A stretch of 62,059 nucleotides of DNA, filler included. It is 12 parts of 12 records of this genome, joined end to end, with 100 filler letters (N's around TTAATTAATTAA, not from the genome) between each part and the next. Parts side by side here need not be neighbours in the genome. Positions count along the whole stretch, not along the records: positions 53,767 to 62,059 come from SRR15195285_11662; 11 more parts are not named here. One strand, written 5' to 3'. Under the pieces are notes generated by a model. It worked only from the letters and a program-made list of their open reading frames with translations, ran no database searches and was not told the origin of the DNA. The position numbers and the translations under genes are program-made. This document shows positions 54,111 through 62,059 of this stretch, in pieces. Every line of letters starts with the position of its first letter. Positions within the stretch are counted from its first letter, which is position 1.

Positions 54111-57100
54111 ATGCCGCGTCGAGGCTCCAGCATGAACGGGCGCGGAGGGAAGCCGGTGGCGAATCCGATGTACGCCGACCTGGACGCCCCGTTAGGCGGG
54201 TCCAAGGACGTGGTGCTTGGCTACGAGGACGTGGTGCAGGAGGGGCTCGGGGCAGCGGGCGAATACGACCGCCCAATGCGCGATGCCTGCTGTCGCAAGC
54301 GTGGCAACCTCGACCACAAAGTCTGCAGTGATATTTCCTGCGTGACGTTTCTCACGGTGCATGAAGTGAAGAACATCGAGATGGTTTTCAACCTGATCTG
54401 CAAGCTAGTGCACGATGAGGGTCGGCTCGAGTTCGTCACGCGCTACAGCAAGAATGCATCGCGGGAAACCGACAAGCACAGGCACATGGCGCTGACGACG
54501 GAGCAGCTCCGCGAGTATCTTCCCGAGTTTGCACAGAATGTGTTTCTGCCCCGGCTGATTCGCTTGTTTAGTGAAACGGGCGACCAGAAGCTGTCTGTTC
54601 TTGAGCTGATCGACATGTACTCCGCCCTCTCCCGTCGCGCACACCTGAAATGGAAGATGACAGTGGCGTTCTGTGTCTACGACTACGATGAGGACGGTGT
54701 GCTCGATGAGGGTGACCTGTTTCGTACCATATCAACGATGCTCACCGGTACCACGACGAGCAAGCGGGTATCTGCAGAAGCAGCGGCGCTGCGTATCCAA
54801 GCGCGGGCCCGCGGCCGCGCGGTGCGCCGCAAGCGCCCCCCTGGCGCCAGCCACAGCACCAGCGCCGGTGCTAGTCCAGGACCGATCGCTGGGTACGCGA
54901 CGCGGATTTTGAATGAGTGCAGCAGCATTCGTAGAGACATCATGGACTACCGGTACTTCGAGAAGCAGATGGCACTCGTCCCGACGTTCAGGGACAATTT
55001 TAGTGTCACACCGACCAAGTACAGCGAGATATACCGCCGGTACATGGCATATCAGAGGTTAAAGGTAATGTCCGACAGCGGCAAGCGAGCATGTGGCTCG
55101 TGCTGGGGTCGATTCTTCACTAGGCTCCCTGGTGAGCAGTCGATGACGGTGAGCAACCCAATGCTGTCCGGTGTTACCGATCCACTTATCCAGCAGGCGC
55201 TGGAGACCAGCAAACTCACTAAAGATGAGAGAGCGGAAGTGCGGCAGGCACTTGCGCCCAGCCTCACGGTGCACCGTTACTTTGCGAGCGAGATTGTCAT
55301 CAAACGTGGGTCAGAAGCGGATGAGATGTACTTAATTGTTGCCGGTGTAGCGGAGGTTTTGCTGGATCTTGAGAGCGAAGCTATCAACGAGCTCAAGCAG
55401 GATGACTATTTTGGAGAGATAGGTATGCTGCATGAGATCAAGTCGAAGCGCACCGCGTACGTTCGAGCAAAGACTGAGCTGGTTGTCTTGAGTTTGGGGC
55501 GGACAGAACTGCAAGCGCTGATGGCCGAGCACCCCAGCCTGAAAGTATCACTGCTTGCTCAAATGGACATCACCTTGGAACGAAATCATCTCAGGACTGA
55601 GGCGCAGTTGTGGAGCCGCTACGATCAGCACGAGACCGGATGGATCGTCGTGAAGGACTGCAGGAAGATGGTCCGGTGCATCCTCACAGAAGATGGACAA
55701 GTACGCAAGGGAGGCAATAAGAACAAGAAGGATCCGGACAGTATAGTGGGCATAGTCAATTTGCTTCTCACGCGCAGTTTTCAGTACGAGAACCAGGGCA
55801 AAGACTCCGTGTTCAAACCAGTGGCGACCTCTGGTGTCGTGCAGCAACAGCCGAAGCCCAGAACGTGGCTCAAAGCCGAAGCAGTCGCGCGTATCTGTTT
55901 CCATGAGTGGTGGGAGGAGCAGCCTACGCCGGTTCACCGGCATACGGCCAGCCGCTTGAAACTCGAGCGGATCTGGTCAGATCTCGACCACGACGACGAT
56001 GGTGTTCTGAACCAGAATGAGGTCCGTGCTTTGCTATTCCGGATGGGTGATTTCGCAGAGGATGAATTTGACGAAAAGGTGGAGCACTGGTTTGCGGCGC
56101 ATGATTCCGGGGGCGATGGCAACATCAGTATGAGGGAATTCGTACCGTGGTTCTGCGCACAAGACCCTCAAGCCATTGCGAGGGCAAATTACGTGGACTG
56201 GCGTCAAGTAAGCGATGAGCTACATCACAGAGATGCTGACGTGGTCTGGCGCGATGAGGACGTTGGCTTTGTCGCCAAGATGAAACAGATGGACGACGAA
56301 CTTGCGGGGATCGACGAGCGCCTTCGCGCTAATGATTCGTTGCTCAAAGATGACTATGACAGCGCCACCAACGTGCGCAGCATTCTTTCAGGGCGAGGCT
56401 GGGAGCCTTACGGCATCCACGGTGCTGTTCGGCCACCAATGATCCGAACTCGAATGCAGATATTCCGGAAACTCAACACAAAAGGTGACACGAAGTATCT
56501 GCGCGATGCTGAGCACCGTAAAGACCACTGGCGCCTCATGAAGACTATGGAAACTGTCGGACAGTCAGCCGATGCAGAGTTTGAGTACATCGGTGACATT
56601 TTGGGCGAATACACAGACACTGGAATCTTTGGTAGGTGTGGCTTCCTGCGGGTGCTGTATGACCTGAAGCTATGGATGAAGACGCACATTTTCCAGGCTC
56701 ATTTGGGTCTGTTTGAAACTTCGATCCTGCTTCTGGAGCATGAGTTTGGACACGGGATTTCAGAGGTGATGCGAATCATGAAGTGGATGCTGCTGCTCAA
56801 CCTTGGGCTGGGCATCATGTGGATGACGTTGGTCATCGTGCCACGCGATTATGCTCACTCTGATGAAACGATGTGGAATACCACCAAGCTTGTTCTGCGC
56901 GGACTTGCATTCTCAGGGTCGCAAGGCCGCAGCCTCTTCTACGACGGCTACGCTAGACAAAATGTTGAATTTTTCGGACTTGAGCTGCGTATGGATGTGC
57001 TGTACTTCGTCGCCATCTTGTTGCATGTACTTCTATCGCTATTTGCAATCCTCCGGACTCTCGGCATGAAGCTAACGACCCTGGCCCAAGGTGGCGTAGT

Positions 57101-59912
57101 GGGCCTTGACGTGGCAAGTGAGACAGGAGAGAACGTATTCGCTGTTCTTGGTTCATATGACTGCACGGTGTCGCAGGAACACTTCGCAACGGAGATGAGA
57201 CAGGGTATTCGGCACAAAGTTGAGATGGACTTGATGAGACGGGAAGAGAAGTTGAAACTAGAGGCAGTGCAACACAGCTGGACCAAGAGAATCTGTCACC
57301 AATTGCGGCAGAACAGTGGCCGTGCAGCAACCTTCATGCTGCTAGTGGCCCACGTGTACGTGATCACACAGGTCCTGAAATACGAGCAGGCAGTGGAAAA
57401 GATCCTGATTGCCCCGCTGAATCGATTAGTTGTACCGTTGATCATCTCAGTCCTCAATGTCACTGTACCGAAAGTCTTGCGCGTTATCGTCAAGCTCGAG
57501 GATCATCTCACTGGGCGTGAGGTCATCTACACCTATATGGGGCGGGTTTACATAGTCAAAATGGTACAGTTGTCTACCATCATGTACTCGATGGCGAAAA
57601 TCATGTCCGTCAATCAGATCAAACAGAGCTTAGTAGACACACGTCTAAATGCTGCGGAAGTTGGCGGCATCCTGAATGAATACTTTGACTCGGCTGTTGC
57701 CAACAGTGAGGCCAACTGCGATACAAGTGATGCTACGGCAGGATGCACGTGTACAGAGGCTCGTTTTGGCGCAATGTTCCTTCGCCTTGTTGTTACGGAC
57801 GCGCTGGTGTTCGTCGGCCGTGAACTGTTCATACTGTACAGCGTAAGGACTGGCCTCCCACGTTTCTGGAAGTGGAACCGAATCGTGAATCATTTTGGGA
57901 AGGGTCCGAATGCACCGACGGCAGATGCACAGGAGCATGGGTACAAACTGCAGCAGCGACACGCTGAGTTGCCGAAGCTCAATGTTGCCCGGAGCTTGCG
58001 CGATAGACTGGCACTCCGAACGCATCAGAAACCGACGGTGACATGGTGGAAATTGATTCCAAGGGATGATGGTCATTTGTTAACCTTCAAGAAGCAATCG
58101 ATGAACGCCTTTGTGGAAGGCCTGGATATCCGCGACCACGGTTTCGAAGGTCTAAGGATTCCAGACATGCGTACGTTCGCAAGCTGCCTCACTGACGCAA
58201 AGCTGGTCCTTATCGAGGACATTATGGACAACAATATCTCGCCTGAGCAGCTGACAGATATTGTCGAGCGGCGGCGAGACGGTCGTGATGGGCGCTGGAC
58301 AAAACTCAACCACCAAGACAAGTTCGCGCGACTCCGTAAATTATCGACGCATCAGATTAGATTCATCTGCGAGAAGCTGGTGGAAAGCGAAGGCACGTGG
58401 GTCGAAGTTACAGGCACAGTCGAGGAGCTTCGTCGCTACAAACTTCCCCGCCCGGAGTTCAGCAACTTTCGGTCTGCTCTCTTGATGATCGAGATGATGT
58501 ATCGACAAACGTTTGTTTGGGTTGGATCCAATTGGTGCCCGTGGTTGCCACTTGTGGCATGCCTGACGCAAATTGTCATCTTTGTCGTACAAAAACACGT
58601 GCTGCTGGCTGGAGCCTACCTGCGACCCGCTGCGCCCTGGTCTGCCGAACAGGCATTCAAGATCTTCATGCTATTTGCCCTTGGGACGCTTGGATTCACA
58701 TGCCTACCCACTTTGATCTGGCTGAACCAGGTGCCGACGTGTGGCCCACACCGTTTCGCCCCAGATGATTCTGACAGGGCGAAAGTGTTCGAGACTTTCG
58801 GTGTGTACCTGGATGATCTACCAAAGGAGCATTTGCTCAACGGCGAATTCACAGTCGTCTGCGCAATCCTTTTCAACCCGCCGAGCTTACTGATCATGCT
58901 GTCTGTGTTATGGACTCGCTATCGGTACGTTCAGACACAGCTCAAGACGACTCAGGTGCAGATTGCTAAGGTTGAAAAGGCATTCCACACGGAGAAGAAA
59001 TTTCTCACAACACGACTTCAAGATTTGACACAAAAGTTTGGCGGTGGCGAGCAGGACCTGGCCTACGCACAGAAGCGTTACGAGCGAGTGATGAGCCACC
59101 TAGACCAGCAACACCTCGATTGGATCATCAAGACGATGGGTGGGAAGCACCACATGCAATTCCTTGACCCCGATGAGAAAGGACTGGGTCCAACAGAGAT
59201 GCAAGCCTGGCTCGAGTTTGCTGCACATATTGACTTGGACAACAATGGTGTAATTCGTGCCGAGGAGAATTTGATGTGGACCAAAACAATCGAACAGAAC
59301 ACGATCGTCATCGTCAATCTTTCGCGCAAAGAGAGCAAGGAGAATTTCATTAGAGACTCGCTAACGCATCTTGGCGGGGGCTACAAGGCCAACATCATTG
59401 CCTGCACAGTGCGCAAATATGAGCATTCGGAAGAAAAGCAGCTCAACAAGACAAACCCCGACGAGAACGGGTTCAAGAACCGGTCGTGGGCACTGGTGAC
59501 ATTTATGAATGCGTCGAGTGCTGACCTCGTCCTGAAAGAATATGTGTTCGCAACCGACAAAGCATCCGCATCGTCAGCAGGAGTTAAAAGCTCGTGGGTA
59601 GCGCTCAAATGGGCAGTGGCGCGAACAACCGACTGGAACATCCCAGAATTGATTGGGGAGGTGCTTGGAGGCCATACTCCATCCACTGGTAGCGGTGGTG
59701 AAACAGCGCCGTCCGACACGGCTGGATTGTCCGATGACGACGAGGTTCAGAGCGTGAAGTTGCGGCGGCGCAACACGTCTGCCAAGCCACAAACCGAGAT
59801 TGTCCGAGAGCACAACAGTCGCTTGCATAAGGCGCTAGAGCGAGCTTTGGAGCTCAAGAACAAGGTGGACGAAGTTCACAAAGAGGTCATGGGTGAGGAA
59901 GGTGAAGACTAG
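54111..59912 (+). CDS. TMC: TMC (transmembrane channel-like) protein fused to N-terminal CIB-like EF-hand module, IQ motif, cyclic-nucleotide-binding domain, extra EF-hands and C-terminal RRM-like domain
   Basis: Single 1933-aa ORF. TMC hallmarks: LEHEFGHGI...MKWMLLLN, LFYDGY, CTEARFGAMFLRLVVTD (cf. CWET.VGQE..RL..D), EF...MMYRQTFVWVGSNWCPWLP, PWSA, CGP. CNB: FGEIGML...RTAYVRA. CIB: TFLT..E, LPEF..N.F..R..RLFS, AFCVYDYDEDGVL, P.F..NF. Confidence 0.85.
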   Translation: MPRRGSSMNGRGGKPVANPMYADLDAPLGGSKDVVLGYEDVVQEGLGAAGEYDRPMRDACCRKRGNLDHKVCSDISCVTFLTVHEVKNIEMVFNLICKLVHDEGRLEFVTRYSKNASRETDKHRHMALTTEQLREYLPEFAQNVFLPRLIRLFSETGDQKLSVLELIDMYSALSRRAHLKWKMTVAFCVYDYDEDGVLDEGDLFRTISTMLTGTTTSKRVSAEAAALRIQARARGRAVRRKRPPGASHSTSAGASPGPIAGYATRILNECSSIRRDIMDYRYFEKQMALVPTFRDNFSVTPTKYSEIYRRYMAYQRLKVMSDSGKRACGSCWGRFFTRLPGEQSMTVSNPMLSGVTDPLIQQALETSKLTKDERAEVRQALAPSLTVHRYFASEIVIKRGSEADEMYLIVAGVAEVLLDLESEAINELKQDDYFGEIGMLHEIKSKRTAYVRAKTELVVLSLGRTELQALMAEHPSLKVSLLAQMDITLERNHLRTEAQLWSRYDQHETGWIVVKDCRKMVRCILTEDGQVRKGGNKNKKDPDSIVGIVNLLLTRSFQYENQGKDSVFKPVATSGVVQQQPKPRTWLKAEAVARICFHEWWEEQPTPVHRHTASRLKLERIWSDLDHDDDGVLNQNEVRALLFRMGDFAEDEFDEKVEHWFAAHDSGGDGNISMREFVPWFCAQDPQAIARANYVDWRQVSDELHHRDADVVWRDEDVGFVAKMKQMDDELAGIDERLRANDSLLKDDYDSATNVRSILSGRGWEPYGIHGAVRPPMIRTRMQIFRKLNTKGDTKYLRDAEHRKDHWRLMKTMETVGQSADAEFEYIGDILGEYTDTGIFGRCGFLRVLYDLKLWMKTHIFQAHLGLFETSILLLEHEFGHGISEVMRIMKWMLLLNLGLGIMWMTLVIVPRDYAHSDETMWNTTKLVLRGLAFSGSQGRSLFYDGYARQNVEFFGLELRMDVLYFVAILLHVLLSLFAILRTLGMKLTTLAQGGVVGLDVASETGENVFAVLGSYDCTVSQEHFATEMRQGIRHKVEMDLMRREEKLKLEAVQHSWTKRICHQLRQNSGRAATFMLLVAHVYVITQVLKYEQAVEKILIAPLNRLVVPLIISVLNVTVPKVLRVIVKLEDHLTGREVIYTYMGRVYIVKMVQLSTIMYSMAKIMSVNQIKQSLVDTRLNAAEVGGILNEYFDSAVANSEANCDTSDATAGCTCTEARFGAMFLRLVVTDALVFVGRELFILYSVRTGLPRFWKWNRIVNHFGKGPNAPTADAQEHGYKLQQRHAELPKLNVARSLRDRLALRTHQKPTVTWWKLIPRDDGHLLTFKKQSMNAFVEGLDIRDHGFEGLRIPDMRTFASCLTDAKLVLIEDIMDNNISPEQLTDIVERRRDGRDGRWTKLNHQDKFARLRKLSTHQIRFICEKLVESEGTWVEVTGTVEELRRYKLPRPEFSNFRSALLMIEMMYRQTFVWVGSNWCPWLPLVACLTQIVIFVVQKHVLLAGAYLRPAAPWSAEQAFKIFMLFALGTLGFTCLPTLIWLNQVPTCGPHRFAPDDSDRAKVFETFGVYLDDLPKEHLLNGEFTVVCAILFNPPSLLIMLSVLWTRYRYVQTQLKTTQVQIAKVEKAFHTEKKFLTTRLQDLTQKFGGGEQDLAYAQKRYERVMSHLDQQHLDWIIKTMGGKHHMQFLDPDEKGLGPTEMQAWLEFAAHIDLDNNGVIRAEENLMWTKTIEQNTIVIVNLSRKESKENFIRDSLTHLGGGYKANIIACTVRKYEHSEEKQLNKTNPDENGFKNRSWALVTFMNASSADLVLKEYVFATDKASASSAGVKSSWVALKWAVARTTDWNIPELIGEVLGGHTPSTGSGGETAPSDTAGLSDDDEVQSVKLRRRNTSAKPQTEIVREHNSRLHKALERALELKNKVDEVHKEVMGEEGED

Positions 59913-60663
59913 TTGAACTAGACCGATAAAGCCGCAAGCAAGCGAGCTTGTTGCGCTGCCACCAAACATACAGTCATGTGCTAACACGTAGCTTGGAATC
60001 GAGGGACGTTCCTTTGTTCTAGTGCATGCAATCCACGCTCACATCGCCAAGGTCAACTTCTCTTTTTCGTCTCGCGTCGGACGTGCTTCGTCTCGATTGG
60101 GTGGATTTTAAGGCGCCAGCTTCGACCCCACCCAGAAATTGTCGCGTGCTCGCATGCGGCTTTGATGTGCTCGTAACGCCACCCCGAGTGGCCGGGCGCG
60201 AAGCTCGCCTTACGCACAACGTCATTAGTCTGCTCTAGCTAGAGCGTGGCGGTTGGAATGGGTGGAGGCGCTGCGAAGCGCGGGTCAGTCGGCTACTGCG
60301 ACTGGCGTGGTGGAAACTGTACATGTTCTAGTGTAGGGCGAGGAACTTACTCGCCGGCCGTGCCGTCGTTGACGCGGGGCATTCAGCTCGCGCGAGCCAA
60401 TCTAGAAATCTGGATGCGATCGAATATACGGTTCTACCTAGCTAGAGGTAGTTATATACGTGAATTCTGGGGCGCGCACCCGCCACGCGCGGCGGCGGAC
60501 GCGCGCGTGCACCAGCGCGCCGTTGATGGACTTGGAGATATAAACAGCTACTGTATGCAGGGCTGCGTGTACCACAACTGCGGTACGTCTAGCGGCATTA
60601 TTTAGTCGCTTATCGGGCACCCGTGGTCGACTTGTAGCGCCGTCTGGCAGTGCGGTACAGCCT

Positions 60664-62027
60664 ATGGACGCCGTTGTGCGCAGTGACGCGAGCTCAGCAA
60701 CAACGACATTTGTGAAGGCTCCCGTAGAGCTTCCACACCCTGTAGTGGAGCTCTCCACGCAGGACGACTCCACCGCCAAGTCTATGCCTAGTTGCAGCTA
60801 TGAGCTGCTGCGTGTGCACTTTCGCCTTGGGGACCTAGACGGCGCAGCCCGGCACAGTCACGTACGTTCTGACTCTGCAAAAATGTACTCGAAACAATTG
60901 ATCTAGCGCTTTCGATTTTTAGACCAACGAGAACGATTTTGTGCCGTATGCAGGCCCACAGGTACCACACAAGAGGGGACGACTGCTCAACTAGTGCAGG
61001 TGGTAGGTGGACTGGGGCAGCACGCGCTAGTAGCGAGAGCGACGATGACGCAGTGGATGGCTGCCGGCCTCCAAGGCGCCGCCGCCGTACTGACACAGAC
61101 AGTGTGCCACACACGACGGACATGCTCGGACTGACGCTGGAAGTGGAGGAGCAGAGCACAGTGGCAGACTGTGGCGTTCAGCTGTGGCGTGGCGCATTCT
61201 TGCTCGCAGATTGGCTGCTTCACTGTGAACACAACCCCTCGGCAGTCTGCATGGAGCCAGTGCCATCGGCATGCGGCCTGCGGACTCCCAAACTGGCGGT
61301 TGGCATGGAGCTGGGCTGTGGCGTGGGCCTGTGCTCCATTGTACTGGCCCGAATCTGCGATACAGTCTTCGCGACAGATTTAGGACCAGTCCTGACCATG
61401 TGTGCTCGGAATGTAGACCGCAACACTCCCAGCGTCGTCATAGATGGCTCGTATGAACCATCTATCTCTATTCGTGTCCGCAGCTTGGACTGGCGCAGCA
61501 TCGACGTCTCCTCGCCATTGGGACGGCAGGCATGCCAGGTGCCACAAGAACATGCAGCTGACGTTGCTGCTGGTACCGATGGTCCGACACTACTAGCAAG
61601 TGACGAATGGACGATCCGAGAGACAGACGCCGATGCACTATCGCAGCTTTCCGTGGTGGTTGCTGCCGACGTGCTTTATGATGCGTCAGCAACCGTGGCA
61701 TTTGTGCGCTTGCTTCCATTGCTGCTGCTCAGCACGGCCAGCCACACCACGCAGGATACCCCGCCCCGACGGCGACGCTGGCTGTGGCTCAGCTTAGAGC
61801 GACGGATTGTCTTCAGCGTTGCTGAGCGGCGTGCGCATGCTCCAGCAGTCGAGCTTTTTTTCGAGCTACTGGAAGCAGACGGGCGGTTTACTGCAACACA
61901 GATCTCTACTACCGATATCCCACAGCGCTGCATCGATTACGAACGCACACCGCAACTGGAGCTCTGGCAGGTAGAACCAAAGACATCGTTGCAGGCCACT
62001 GAGGAAGTGGATGTCCAAGGAACATAA
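60664..62027 (+). CDS. METTL22: Family-16 protein methyltransferase, METTL22-like (intron about 60861-60952)
   Basis: DCGVQLWRGAFLLADWL, MELGCGVGL, VFATD, LDW, VVAADVLYD, SLERRIVFS, IPQRC..YER...LELW. Confidence 0.75.
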
Positions 62028-62059
62028 CATCCAGCTGGGACCTACGATACGTACGTAGA

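Overview
Eukaryotic DNA, GC-rich and gene-dense with short GT-AG introns, consistent with a unicellular eukaryote; the organism cannot be identified from the sequence. It is not one locus. Twelve contigs are joined by 11 identical artificial 100-nt spacers (N44-TTAATTAATTAA-N44), so gene neighbourhood is meaningful only within a contig. About 24 protein-coding genes or fragments can be supported. These include a ferric reductase/NOX-like oxidoreductase, a sulfatase, 2OG-Fe(II) oxygenases, S10 carboxypeptidases, a beta-lactamase-fold hydrolase, UPF2, a DEAD-box helicase, an SGNH hydrolase and methyltransferases. No rRNA, tRNA, CRISPR or transposase was seen. The top candidate for an undescribed system is a 1933-aa ORF (54111-59912): a TMC-family channel fused to a CIB-like EF-hand module (the separate auxiliary subunit of animal TMC channels) and a cyclic-nucleotide-binding domain. 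Other unusual domain fusions are a membrane ankyrin-kinase-TIR-TIR protein, an ALIX-V/WWE x3/UBA protein, a double S10 carboxypeptidase-Ig-Cu-only-SOD membrane protein, an EF-hand protein with a C-terminal Hint domain, and a chromo-EPL1-NUMOD1 chromatin protein. All domain calls are by-eye motif recognition, and whether these architectures are new needs database searches that were not run.
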